A stretch of DNA of 64,000 nucleotides from Terriglobia bacterium (GCA_963695545.1 OY968796.1:1344001-1408000), one strand, 5' to 3'; counted from the first letter of the stretch, positions 40,842 through 51,064 are shown. Notes: generated by a model not told the origin, from the sequence alone. Numbers and translations are program-made.

Positions 40842-42776
40842 CTATTTCGGCGCGGCTTCGGCTTGCAGATCGAGCAGAAATTGCGCGAGGGGGCGCGGGC
40901 CGAGATCGCCGGAGCCGTGGTGGCGCACGGAAACCGTTTTGGCTTCGGCTTCTTTTCCGCCGATGATGGTCATGTAGGGAATCTTCTGCATTTCGGCGTC
41001 GCGAATTTTGGCTTGCAACTTTTCGTTGCGGTCGTCGAGATGCACGCGAATGCCGGCGGCTGCGAGCGCTTCAGCGACGCTCTTGGCGTACTCTGAAAAT
41101 TTGCCGCTCACGGGCAGCACTTCGACTTGCACGGGCGCGAGCCACAGCGGGAATGCTCCGGCGTAATGCTCGATCAAGATGCCGAAGAAGCGCTCGACAG
41201 AGCCCCACAGAGCACGATGCACCATCAGTGGTTCGTGGCGATTGCCGTCTTCGCCGACGTATTCCAATCCGAATCGGCCGGGCAAGTTGAAATCGAACTG
41301 CACAGTTGTCAATTGCCACGGGCGGCCGATGGCGTCGATCAACTTGACGTCGATCTTCGGGCCGTAGAACGCCGCTTCGCCCTCCATGCGTTTGTAAGGC
41401 ACATTCATGCGCTGAAGCGTGGTCTCAAGCGCGGCGGTTGAGCGCCGCCATTGCTCGGCGGTGCCGGCGTAACTTTCCGGATGCGCGGCGTCCCAATCGG
41501 AAAGCTCAACGACGTATTTATCGAAGCCGAAAACTTTCATGGTGGCCCAGGCGAATTCGATGCAGGCTTCGATTTCGGATTCGATCTGCTCGGGCATGCA
41601 GAATATGTGCGCGTCGTCTTGGGTGAAGCCGCGCACGCGCAGCAGGCCGTGCAGCACGCCGCTACGCTCGTAGCGATAGACGGTGCCGAGCTCGGCCAGG
41701 CGCAGCGGCAAATCGCGATAGCTGCGCAGATGCGATTTGTAAATCAGGATGTGGCCCGGGCAATTCATGGGCTTCAACTGGTAATCGTCTTTTTCGACCT
41801 CGATCGGGCCGAACATATTTTCGCGATAAAAATTCGCGTGGCCGCTGGTCTTCCACAGTTCGAGCCTCATGATGTGCGGCGTGTAGACCAGGTTGTAGCC
41901 GCGGCGCAGCAGTTCGTTGCGCAGCCAATCCTCCATGATCTTGCGCACCAGACCGCCCTTGGGATGCCAGAAGATCAGGCCGGGACCGGCTTCTTCCTGA
42001 ATGCTAAAAAGATCGAGTTCCGCGCCGAGGCGGCGATGATCGCGGCGCTTGGCTTCTTCGAGGCGATTGAGATATTCATCGAGCTCAGCCTGCGTGTAAA
42101 AGCAGACGGCGTAAATGCGCTGGAGTTGCGGATTGCCTTCCTGGCCCTTCCAGTAGGCGCCGGAGACGCTGGTCAATTTGAAGGCTTTGATGCGGCCGGT
42201 GGATGGAATGTGCGGGCCGCGGCAAAAGTCGATGAATTTTCCGGTGGCGTAGAACGAGACCATCGGCTCGGCGGCTTTCTCCTCGACCAATTCGCATTTG
42301 AAGCTCTGGTTCCATTTGCGATAGAGCTCGAGCGCTTCCGGCTTGGAGAGAAATTTCCGCTCGTTGGGAATATCCTGCGCGGCGAGCTCGTGCATTTTCT
42401 TTTCGATGAGCTCGAGATCTTCGGGCGCGAAAGGCTGCTCGCGCAGAAATTCGTAGAAGAAGCCATTTTCGATTGGCGGGCCGATGCCAAGCTTTACATC
42501 CGGGAAAAGTTCGAGCACCGCCGCGGCCATCAGATGCGCAGCCGAATGGCGCAACACTTGGATGGCGTCGGCGTCCTTCGGAGTGAGGATTTCAAGACGC
42601 GCGCTGGCGTCGAGCGGGCGAGAGAGATCGATGAGCGTGCCGTCGGCGCGCGCGACGAGAGCTTCTTTCGCTAGGCGCGGCGAAATTTGGCGCGCGACTT
42701 CGGCGGACGAAGTTCCGCGCGGAACCTCGCGGACGGCGCCGTCGGGCAGGGTGATTTGGATGGTCTCGGTGGTCAT
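40842..42776 (-). CDS. thrS: Threonyl-tRNA synthetase
   Basis: TGS domain, RHSAAHLMA, DFCRGPH, RDHRRLG, KPMNCPGH, RVRGFTQDDAHIF, AAFYGPKID. Confidence 0.98.
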   Translation of the reverse strand: MTTETIQITLPDGAVREVPRGTSSAEVARQISPRLAKEALVARADGTLIDLSRPLDASARLEILTPKDADAIQVLRHSAAHLMAAAVLELFPDVKLGIGPPIENGFFYEFLREQPFAPEDLELIEKKMHELAAQDIPNERKFLSKPEALELYRKWNQSFKCELVEEKAAEPMVSFYATGKFIDFCRGPHIPSTGRIKAFKLTSVSGAYWKGQEGNPQLQRIYAVCFYTQAELDEYLNRLEEAKRRDHRRLGAELDLFSIQEEAGPGLIFWHPKGGLVRKIMEDWLRNELLRRGYNLVYTPHIMRLELWKTSGHANFYRENMFGPIEVEKDDYQLKPMNCPGHILIYKSHLRSYRDLPLRLAELGTVYRYERSGVLHGLLRVRGFTQDDAHIFCMPEQIESEIEACIEFAWATMKVFGFDKYVVELSDWDAAHPESYAGTAEQWRRSTAALETTLQRMNVPYKRMEGEAAFYGPKIDVKLIDAIGRPWQLTTVQFDFNLPGRFGLEYVGEDGNRHEPLMVHRALWGSVERFFGILIEHYAGAFPLWLAPVQVEVLPVSGKFSEYAKSVAEALAAAGIRVHLDDRNEKLQAKIRDAEMQKIPYMTIIGGKEAEAKTVSVRHHGSGDLGPRPLAQFLLDLQAEAAPK

Positions 42777-43364
42777 GATGTCGCGTGGTGGGGCGGCGAA
42801 TCTCCTAAGCTAGCAAATGGCTCCGAGCGCGGCAAGGCGGCTGCGGGGCAGTGGCGAGAGACTGGCGCTCGGAGTGCCGAAAACGCTGAAATTCGGCGTT
42901 GGGTATATATACCCCCGTACCAAATACGTAAAAATCTGAAAACAAAAGGGTTGCAGGAAAAGAGTGCGGATGAGTGTGAAAACGCAGGGAGATGATGTTG
43001 ATTTGTTTCAGTGAATTACGCACTCTTTTGTAACAATCTGATAACAAATGGTTTGGAGATGCGTTTTGGTGCATGTGAGTGCGATCTTTGGGGCTCTTAT
43101 TTTGGGCTCGGCTCGAAAATATATCGGGCGTGCTAGAGACGCAATTCTCCTCGGACGAGGTCGAAAAAAGAGGAGTGGGAACATGTGTATGGACCGCGAG
43201 GGTGACAGGCACGTCCTGAGGGGTCGCGCGACGAAAGCGCCGGGAAGGGATTCGCTGAGTCACGCATCATTTTACCGCGATGAAAACGGGGTGGGAAGGT
43301 GGAACAATGATAAACGCTGTGGAAATTATTTCGAATGGGCGGGAGCAAAGATAGAGGCGAGGAT

Positions 43365-43957
43365 GGAGGCCTTCAGGCCTCCACAAATTGGCCCGGATTG
43401 ACGTGCTGTTGTGCGGGAGACATTTACGCAATTTGAGCGCAAGAAAAATCGGCTTGAACTGGAAGATTATTTTGGCCGAAGGCGGTTCTTCATCACAACC
43501 TGCTGCAGAGGCAGGCGGGAAATCTTCCGGCGCGTTGAAACGGCTGGAACGATCATCGAGAACCTGCGCGAATACTCGAATCGATACGGTTTTGGCGTCC
43601 ACGCGTACTGCGTAATGCCTGACCACGTGCACTTCCTGGCCGAGGGGCTGTCGGAAGCGAGCGAACTGATTCGATTCGTGAAAACATTTAAGCAAGGTAC
43701 GGGGTATGCGTGTCGGAAGAATGCGCGGGGCCCGCTCTGGGAGAAATCATTTTACGACCATGTTCTACGGTCGCGGGATTCTAACGAGGATGTGGCCTGG
43801 TACATCTGGATGAATCCGGTGCGGAAAGGACTCTGCCGCGATTCGAGGGAATATCCATTTTCGGGATCGTTCAGTTTGGCGTGGCCGATTGTTGAGCCGT
43901 CGAAATTATGGATGCCGCCATGGAAAACGAAGATGGAGGCCTGAAGGCCTCCGCTAC
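43365..43957. mobile_element. REPtron: RAYT gene flanked by inverted REP palindromes
   Basis: GGAGGCCTTCAGGCCTCC at 43365-43382 and its inverse GGAGGCCTGAAGGCCTCCGCTAC at 43935-43957 bracket an HUH transposase. Confidence 0.8.
43411..43944 (+). CDS. REP-associated tyrosine transposase (RAYT, Y1_Tnp/HUH)
   Basis: FFITTC, HAYCVMPDHVHFL (HUH), FKQ, LWEKSFYDHVLRS, YIWMNPVRKGL, YPFS. Confidence 0.9.
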   Translation: MRETFTQFERKKNRLELEDYFGRRRFFITTCCRGRREIFRRVETAGTIIENLREYSNRYGFGVHAYCVMPDHVHFLAEGLSEASELIRFVKTFKQGTGYACRKNARGPLWEKSFYDHVLRSRDSNEDVAWYIWMNPVRKGLCRDSREYPFSGSFSLAWPIVEPSKLWMPPWKTKMEA

Positions 43958-44081
43958 AAAGACCATCGATCGTCGCTCCATGGAGCGCGAGGCACACAGC
44001 ATCGTCAATTCAGATCGTGATATAACGCGTGCTTCGTGACGGATGGAAATTTCGGACTAGGGCTGCGAGAGTGGGCGAGCC

Positions 44082-46229
44082 ATGAAAATCAACCGACGAA
44101 GTTTTATGGAATGGATGGGGCTGGCGGGAGGAACAACGCTGAGCGCGCGGTGGCTCGGGGCGGACAAAGAGGCGGCCGGAGGGGCGTTGACGGAATCGTT
44201 TGAGACGGCGATGGCGCAGGTGTCCGCCGATTCAATGGGTCAAACGCGCTGGGCGAGGAGCGCGCAGCGGAAGATCGAGCAGACCAAGGACGTGACCTGG
44301 CTTACGCATGAGCCGCTCGATTTTCTTTTGCGGCGCGGGGATCATGGCGACGACGAGCCGGCGCGTTATGCGCGGATGGTCGAGCCGGACAACATAAAGC
44401 GCATGGCGGACGCGGGGGTGATTTGGGGGCGAATATTTTTCTACAAGGGATTTGGGCTGGAGTATGAACGGCCGCACATCGAGCAGGCCAAAACTGTGGC
44501 CGACCTGATGCATCAGTTGGGGATGAAAGTGAGTTTGTATGTGGGCGGCACGATGTTTACGGAGACTTTTTACCGCGAGACTCCCGAAGCCGTAAATTGG
44601 GAGCAGCGCGACGAGTGGAACCACTGGATTCCCTACGGCATACAAACCTACCGGCATTACGCGTGCCCGAACGAGCCGGCCTATCGCGATTACATCAAGC
44701 GCGTGCTGAAGATCGGGATTGAAGATCTGAAGGCCGACGAGCTGGCGTTCGACAACATCATGCTGCAGGCGGAGCCGGAATCGTGCCGCTGCGCGCGATG
44801 CATTAAGGCGCTTGGGGAGTTTCTCGAGCGGCGCTATCCGACGACGGAGGCGGCGCGGCGGCGATTTGGTCTTGCGAACGTGGCGTGGATTCGCGTCAAT
44901 GAATGGGATTCCTACGATCAGCCGCTGGGCCTGACGGAGCTCGACGATCCGGTGCTGCAGGAGTGGACGCGGTTTCGCTGCGAGACGCTGGGAAAATATG
45001 CCAACGACTATTACGATTATGTGAAAAGCGTGAATCCGAAAGTCGCGGTGCATTTCAACATCAAGGGGGTTTACAGCTTCAATCGCTATTGGACGAACGC
45101 CGTGTATCACCCGTATTACGCGGGGCGCATCGACGCGATGTCTTTCGACACCACGGGATACGACGAGCACATCGATCCGAACACGGGCGCGCTGGTATCG
45201 CAGATTCGCTCGTACAAAATCGCGCGGCGGCTGGGGACGAGCTGCGAGGACGCCTTCGACAACGACGTGCGCGCGGCCGTGCACATGGCGTTCGGTTATC
45301 AGAAGCCGGGACTTACCGCGACTCCATTCGGTGGCGCAGCCTTCAACGTGTTCACGCCGCTGATGGAATTTTTCCGGGAATACAACGACCGGTATTTCAC
45401 CGGGACGGACAACGTGGCGGACGTGGCCGTGCTGCGGAATTGGCCGAGCATGGCGTATAGCATCAGCGCCGCGTACGTGCCGGCGACGCTGATGGAGCAG
45501 GTGCTGATTCAGCACAAGGTTCCCTTCGATCTGATATTTGAAGAGCAACTCGATGGCATCGGGAAATATTCCGCGGTGATTCTGGCGGGACAGGAATGCG
45601 TGTCGGACGCGCAGGCGGCGCTTCTGATGCAATACGTGCGCGGCGGCGGCCGGCTGGTGGTGGCCGGCAACACGGCTCACTTCAACGAGTGGCGCGAGGA
45701 ACGTGGCGCGAACCCGCTACTGCCGGCGAGGAGCGAAGGCAAGGGCCGCATCGTTTACATTCCGGAGATTGTTCCTGACGCCGCGCGCAGCGGCAAATCG
45801 GCCGCCGGGTTCCAAAATCCTGAGCCTGGCGTGACGGCGCCGGCGTCCGCGCAGAGAGGCATGCAGATGGTGCCGGCGCAGTGGGTGCTGCCGAAAAATC
45901 ACAACGAAATTTACAACACCATTGTGGGCGCGATTCCCGGCGGAGTTTCCATCACCACGGAAGCGCCGCTTACGACCGTGATGGAATTGCTGAATCGCGC
46001 GAAGACGAATGAGACCATCGCGCATTTCATCAACTTCGATCGCGAAAACGGGATCGGGCCGTTTGCGGTGACGCTGCGGAAGCAATTTCCAGGAGCGACG
46101 AAGTCGGTGACGTGCTTTTCGCCCGATGCGGACGATCCTGCAAATTTAAATTTCAAAGAATCGGGCGGCGCAGTGACATTCACCGTGCCGGCGATGCGGA
46201 CGTATTCAATGATCGTAGTCGCCAGTTAG
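44082..46229 (+). CDS. Tat-exported glycoside hydrolase-like protein with a beta-galactosidase trimerisation-like domain
   Basis: Twin-Arg signal NRRSFME; TIM-barrel-like ACPNEPAY, ELAFDN, CRCARC; C-terminal KVPFDLI...VILAGQECVSD...YVRGGGRLV. Confidence 0.65.
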   Translation: MKINRRSFMEWMGLAGGTTLSARWLGADKEAAGGALTESFETAMAQVSADSMGQTRWARSAQRKIEQTKDVTWLTHEPLDFLLRRGDHGDDEPARYARMVEPDNIKRMADAGVIWGRIFFYKGFGLEYERPHIEQAKTVADLMHQLGMKVSLYVGGTMFTETFYRETPEAVNWEQRDEWNHWIPYGIQTYRHYACPNEPAYRDYIKRVLKIGIEDLKADELAFDNIMLQAEPESCRCARCIKALGEFLERRYPTTEAARRRFGLANVAWIRVNEWDSYDQPLGLTELDDPVLQEWTRFRCETLGKYANDYYDYVKSVNPKVAVHFNIKGVYSFNRYWTNAVYHPYYAGRIDAMSFDTTGYDEHIDPNTGALVSQIRSYKIARRLGTSCEDAFDNDVRAAVHMAFGYQKPGLTATPFGGAAFNVFTPLMEFFREYNDRYFTGTDNVADVAVLRNWPSMAYSISAAYVPATLMEQVLIQHKVPFDLIFEEQLDGIGKYSAVILAGQECVSDAQAALLMQYVRGGGRLVVAGNTAHFNEWREERGANPLLPARSEGKGRIVYIPEIVPDAARSGKSAAGFQNPEPGVTAPASAQRGMQMVPAQWVLPKNHNEIYNTIVGAIPGGVSITTEAPLTTVMELLNRAKTNETIAHFINFDRENGIGPFAVTLRKQFPGATKSVTCFSPDADDPANLNFKESGGAVTFTVPAMRTYSMIVVAS

Positions 46230-46268
46230 ATTTTCCGCGCTGAGTTACCCCCGCAACGCGAAATCGGT

Positions 46269-47615
46269 TCAGGAGTTTCCCACGTGGCGCGATTCGAGGC
46301 GCAGGCGCACGCCGTGCTTCGGGCGCAGCGTGATCGAGGGTTGGGGAACGACTTCGCAGGAGGGGTCGAGGTGGAAGCGGAAGCGCTGCGCGAGGATTGC
46401 GAGGACGAGCGTGGCTTCCATCGAAGCGAATCCGGCGCCGATACAGAGTCTGGGGCCGCCGCCGAAAGGGAAATAGGGGAAGCGCGGAAGATCGCGTTCG
46501 AAGGAATCGGTCCAGCGGGAGGGATCGAAGCGCGCGGGCTCGGTGAAAAATCGCGGATCGCGATGCATCACATACTGGCTGAGAATTACGCTGGCGCCCT
46601 TCGGGATGCGATAGCCGCCGAGCGTGCATTCCGCGGGGCACATGCGCACGACGCCCCAAGCGGGAGGATAGAGGCGCATGGATTCCTTCACGACTTTGCC
46701 GGTGAAGGCGAGGCGCGGAACGTCGTCGAGAGTGGGCAAGTGGGAGGCGAGCGTGGCGTCGAGTTCGGCGTGCAATTGCGCGGCGACTTCGGGATTTTGC
46801 GCGAGGAGATAGAGCGCCCAGGAGAGCGCGAGCGCGGTGGTTTCGTGGCCGGCGAGGAGCAGCGTGACGGATTCGTCGCGGAGCTGGCGATCGGTCATGC
46901 GGCCGCCATCTTCATCGCGCGCGTTAAGGAGCATGGAGAGGAGGTCGATGTCGGATTCGGCGAGTTGCGCGCGGCGGCGGGAGATGATGGCGTAGACGAC
47001 TTTGTCGAGTTGGCGGACAGCGCGCGTGTAGCTGCGATTGGCGCGGGTGGGCAGGGCGCGGAGCAAAGGGAAGAGGCGGCGCGGCGTTGAGTTGAGATGA
47101 ATGAGCGTGCCGAGAGCGGCGGAGATTTGCGCGGCGTCGGAATCGGAGACGCTGGTGCCGAACAGTGTCGTGGCGGCGATTTCGAGCGTGGCGCGCATCA
47201 GGTCGGCGTGGAGGTCGCGCGTTTCGGCGTCGCGCCAAGATTCGACGAGGCGCTGGCCCTGCTCGATCATGGTGCCGGCGTAGGCGGCGATGCGCTCGCG
47301 GTGAAACGCGGGCTGCATCAAGCGGCGCTGGCGCAACCAGGAATCGCCTTCGCTGGTGAGTAGGCCGTTGCCGAACAATTCGCGGTTGGCTTGCAGGCCG
47401 CGGCCCTTCATGTAATTGCGGCTTCCGCTGACCAGAACTTTTTCGACGAGATCGGGATGATTGACGAAGATCACGAGAAAGTGCAGCGTGCGCCAGCGGA
47501 AGATGTTGCCGTATTGGCGCGCCCATCCTTCGAGCAGGCCGAGCGGGTCGGCGCGATTCATCGGCGAAATGCCGAAGGGCCACGGGACTTGCGGGCCTTT
47601 GGGAGGAAGATTCAT
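46269..47615 (-). CDS. Cytochrome P450
   Basis: LLAGHETTA, KESMRLYPP, heme motif FPFGGGPRLCIG. Confidence 0.96.
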   Translation of the reverse strand: MNLPPKGPQVPWPFGISPMNRADPLGLLEGWARQYGNIFRWRTLHFLVIFVNHPDLVEKVLVSGSRNYMKGRGLQANRELFGNGLLTSEGDSWLRQRRLMQPAFHRERIAAYAGTMIEQGQRLVESWRDAETRDLHADLMRATLEIAATTLFGTSVSDSDAAQISAALGTLIHLNSTPRRLFPLLRALPTRANRSYTRAVRQLDKVVYAIISRRRAQLAESDIDLLSMLLNARDEDGGRMTDRQLRDESVTLLLAGHETTALALSWALYLLAQNPEVAAQLHAELDATLASHLPTLDDVPRLAFTGKVVKESMRLYPPAWGVVRMCPAECTLGGYRIPKGASVILSQYVMHRDPRFFTEPARFDPSRWTDSFERDLPRFPYFPFGGGPRLCIGAGFASMEATLVLAILAQRFRFHLDPSCEVVPQPSITLRPKHGVRLRLESRHVGNS

Positions 47616-47696
47616 TTGCGAAGAGTGTCAGCGCGCTCGGCAAAGAGATTTTAGCACCTTCACTCACTGCGCTTCGGCGGGCGGGAAGGCCAGGAT

Positions 47697-47719
47697 GGAG
47701 GCCTGAAGGCCTCCGCTAC
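47697..47719 (-). repeat. REP palindrome (GTAG family)
   Basis: GGAGGCCTGAAGGCCTCCGCTAC, identical to the right-hand RAYT copy. Confidence 0.85.
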
Positions 47720-47738
47720 ATGAACCTGTGCTTCGTGC

Positions 47739-49376
47739 TCACATCGTCGCCAAGGAAAGCGTCGCATGCCAGGGCTTCACTGCTTTGCCGGCGGGCGATA
47801 GATATTTTTTCAGTGGATCGTGCGGCAGGCCCTGCAGGCCTTCGATCACGGCTTCGGCGTTCATCTTCGCGCCGGTGAGATTTGTGTGCGTGTTGGGATC
47901 GGCGAAGAAACCTTCGACCTTTGCGGGACCAAGTTGATCGTACTGGTCGGCGATGACGGCGTTGAGATCGATGTAGAGCGCACCGTCCTGCTGCGCGGCT
48001 TGGCGCGCCCAATCGGCGTAATCCGCGCGAACAATTTTGTCGTCTTTCCACGTCTTGCGCGGAATGAGCGACGCGACGATCGGCGTGGCGCCTTTCGCGC
48101 GCGCCTGCTCGATGATCTGGCGCTCGTACCAGCCGAAGGTGTGGACCACTTCTTGTTTGCGCGTGATGGGATTGGCGATCGCGCGCGTTTCTTCGCCGTT
48201 GCCGGGGAGCGTGCCGCGGGCGCGCGCGGTGTCGTCAAGCGGGCTTGAATCGTTGTGGCCGAATTGCATGATCACGAAGTCGCCGGGCTTGATCATGGCG
48301 AGGACCGTGGGCCACAGAAAATTGTAAAACGTGCGGCTGCTGCGCCCGCCGAGCGCGCGATTCACGACGTTGATCTTCGCGGTGTTGAAGTAGGGCGCGA
48401 TTTCGTCACCCCAGCCCCACTGGCCGTTCGCGCCATCGCCTTGTCCATTACGCACGGTGGAATCGCCGATGATCCAGAGCGTGCGCAGCTTCGGATTCGC
48501 CGGAAGAGCGAGCAACGCTTCGTCGACGGACGGCACGGCTGCGCCCGCGGCGGAGAGGAACGCGGTGAGCGGCGTGTCGGGCAGCGACTTCAGGCCGGCG
48601 ACCACGCTGCGTGCGTTTAGCGCCGCGCCGTCGGCGTCGGTGTGCGTGTGATCGAGCGGAAAAAACGCGGCGACTTTGTCGGGGCCGAGCTTTTCGTATT
48701 CGCGCACGACGATTCCGGTGAGGTCAACGTAGTCGGCGTGTTCCTGTTGCGCGACCTGCGCGGCCCACTCGCGGAATTGGCCGAGGCCGGGCTCGACTTT
48801 GCCGCCGGTCCAAATGTTGCGCGGCGTCACGGAAAGCACGATCGGCGTGGCGCCTTTGGCGCGAGCGTCGTCGATGTACTTGCGTGTGTACCAGCCGAAG
48901 GTGTGCACGGTTTCAATTGTGCCGTCGGCGTGCGTCACATCTTGCGTGTCGTCGCCGATGCCGGGAAGCGAACCGCGCGCGGGCGGGTCGGTCGGCGATC
49001 CACCATCGTTGTGGCCGAACTGGATGAGCACAAAATCGCCGGGCTTTAATTGGTCGAGGACGGCGTTCCATTTTCCTTCCTGCATGAAGGTGCGGCTGCT
49101 GCGGCCGGCGCTGGCGGCGTTCACAACGCGAATTTTCGCGGGATCGAAATATGCGGCGAAGGGATCGCCCCAGCCGACGCGCTGGTTCGCGCCGTCGGCG
49201 GGAACTGGCGCGACGTTGGCGGTCGAATCGCCGACGATGAAAAGGGTGGGCAGCGCGGATGCGGCGCTGGGCTGCGGCGGAGCGCTTTGCGCCGCGGCCA
49301 TGCTGGGAATGAAAAGCAGGAGCGAGAATGCGAACGCGCAAGCGCAGGCGGAGCAGCGGAGTTTATGCAGATTCAC
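47739..49376 (-). CDS. Secreted rhamnogalacturonan acetylesterase-like protein with two tandem SGNH domains
   Basis: Two copies of GDST, GRSSRTF, QFGHND, VHTFGWY and THT; signal peptide. Confidence 0.9.
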   Translation of the reverse strand: MNLHKLRCSACACAFAFSLLLFIPSMAAAQSAPPQPSAASALPTLFIVGDSTANVAPVPADGANQRVGWGDPFAAYFDPAKIRVVNAASAGRSSRTFMQEGKWNAVLDQLKPGDFVLIQFGHNDGGSPTDPPARGSLPGIGDDTQDVTHADGTIETVHTFGWYTRKYIDDARAKGATPIVLSVTPRNIWTGGKVEPGLGQFREWAAQVAQQEHADYVDLTGIVVREYEKLGPDKVAAFFPLDHTHTDADGAALNARSVVAGLKSLPDTPLTAFLSAAGAAVPSVDEALLALPANPKLRTLWIIGDSTVRNGQGDGANGQWGWGDEIAPYFNTAKINVVNRALGGRSSRTFYNFLWPTVLAMIKPGDFVIMQFGHNDSSPLDDTARARGTLPGNGEETRAIANPITRKQEVVHTFGWYERQIIEQARAKGATPIVASLIPRKTWKDDKIVRADYADWARQAAQQDGALYIDLNAVIADQYDQLGPAKVEGFFADPNTHTNLTGAKMNAEAVIEGLQGLPHDPLKKYLSPAGKAVKPWHATLSLATM

Positions 49377-49696
49377 GGTTATCTCCGAAGCTGAAATTCT
49401 AGCACCGTGCCGGGAAGGGCGCTGCCGACGGAAGCGTAATTACGATTGGGGGCGGGGGAGATGGAAGATTTGTTGGCGCGGATTGGACTGCTCGCTACGT
49501 TCCCGATTTCTCGGGGCCGTCGTCCCCGCGATGCTGCGCCCAATCCGCAGCGTCGATAATGACGATCGGACGCGCGCGCCGGAATAGCCCATAAGCCCGA
49601 TTTCGCCGGTACCGGGGTTGTAGTACCCTAGTGACGCTTCATGGTGGACGACACGCCTGCACCGGAAAAAAGAGAGCTTCGCTTGATGGGGGCGAA

Positions 49697-51064
49697 ATGA
49701 GACGCGCATCTCAACGCAATCGCAGAGCGGGAATTTTCAGTTGCGCTGGAATGGTGCTGGCAGCGGGCTTGGCCTTAGCGATTGCTTCGCCGTGGATTTC
49801 CGCGACGCCAGCGCAGTCGCAAGCGCCGGCCACGCCGCCTCCCGGCGGACCGCCCGTCGCGGGCTCGGCGTCAGGCGCCGGCTCGCCAGCAGCTGAGGCG
49901 GCCGCAGCTGCGCCGCCCGCGACCGTGGCGAAAACGGCGGGCGATGCATACATGAACGTGACCGTGCTCAACAACATTCCCGCCGATCAGTTGCTATCGA
50001 CGATGGAATTTATTTCGACGTCGCTCGGTCAGCACTGCACTTTTTGCCACGTAGTTCCCAATTTTGAAGACGACAGCAAGCAGACCAAAACCGTGGCGCG
50101 CAAGATGATTCAAATGGAACTCGATATCAATAAAGCGAATTTCAATGGCCGCGTCGAAGTCACCTGTTACACCTGCCATCGCGGCGCCGCGCATCCGGTC
50201 GGCACTGCGCCGATTCCGGAGGAAGGCCAAATGGCGATGACGCCTTCCATGCCGCCGATGGATCACGGTCCGGGCGGAGGAATGGGAACCGGAGGTCCGC
50301 CGGCGGGTGGCGCGCAAGGCGCTCCCGGCGCGGGACCTGGCGGAATGGCGCCGGGAAACCAACCCGCGGTGCCGACGGTCGATCAGATTATCGACAAATA
50401 TACGCAAGCCATCGGCGGCGCGGACGCATTTGCGAAATTGACGAGCGTCGAGGCTGAGGGAACCGGCATGCTTGAAGGGGAACAGCCGGGGCCAAACCTG
50501 AACGTTAAGATCATCCAGGAAGCGCCGAACAAGCGCTGCGTATCGCTCGTGGGTCCGAGCGGCACCATGACGACGGCCACCGACGGCACCGATTACTGGG
50601 GACAGACCACGAGTGGACAGGTCCACGATCTGGCCGGAACGCAACTGGTGGAAATGAAACGCGCAGCGGATATGACCTGGCTGCTGAACATCCGCACAAA
50701 CTTTTCGCAACTGCGCGTGGCGGGAACGGATGAGGTGGGCGACCACAAGGTTTACGTGGTGATGGGCATTCCCGCGGGCGGCGGCCCGAGGGAGCGTCTG
50801 TTGTTCGACGTCGATAGCGGCCTCTTGCTGCGCTACATGTTCTTCGCGCCCAGCCCGCTCGGCAATAATCCGATCCAGGCCGACTTCAGCGACTATCGCG
50901 ACGCCGGCAACGGGTTGAAAGTGCCGTTCACGATCCGCACGGCAACGCTTAGCTCCGCCCTCACGCTGCACCTCAGCAAAATCCAGTACAACGTGGCGGT
51001 GGACGACAGCAAATTTGCAAAGCCGGCCTCAGTAGCGGCGCCGGCGCCCGCGCCGACGCAGTAA
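49697..51064 (+). CDS. Exported di-heme c-type cytochrome (reaction-centre cytochrome c family-like) + C-terminal beta domain
   Basis: CTFCH and CYTCH heme motifs; KTVARKMIQM; C-terminal FSDYRD..GLKVPF. Confidence 0.8.
   Translation: MRRASQRNRRAGIFSCAGMVLAAGLALAIASPWISATPAQSQAPATPPPGGPPVAGSASGAGSPAAEAAAAAPPATVAKTAGDAYMNVTVLNNIPADQLLSTMEFISTSLGQHCTFCHVVPNFEDDSKQTKTVARKMIQMELDINKANFNGRVEVTCYTCHRGAAHPVGTAPIPEEGQMAMTPSMPPMDHGPGGGMGTGGPPAGGAQGAPGAGPGGMAPGNQPAVPTVDQIIDKYTQAIGGADAFAKLTSVEAEGTGMLEGEQPGPNLNVKIIQEAPNKRCVSLVGPSGTMTTATDGTDYWGQTTSGQVHDLAGTQLVEMKRAADMTWLLNIRTNFSQLRVAGTDEVGDHKVYVVMGIPAGGGPRERLLFDVDSGLLLRYMFFAPSPLGNNPIQADFSDYRDAGNGLKVPFTIRTATLSSALTLHLSKIQYNVAVDDSKFAKPASVAAPAPAPTQ

Noticed and set aside
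42805..43695. Minus-strand ORFs 42805-43263 and 43267-43695
   Set aside because: No motifs and atypical composition; the second is antisense to the RAYT.
49697..51064. Reaction-centre-type cytochrome c as evidence of phototrophy
   Set aside because: Only two CxxCH motifs and no puf/bch/psc genes nearby; this is a generic exported cytochrome.
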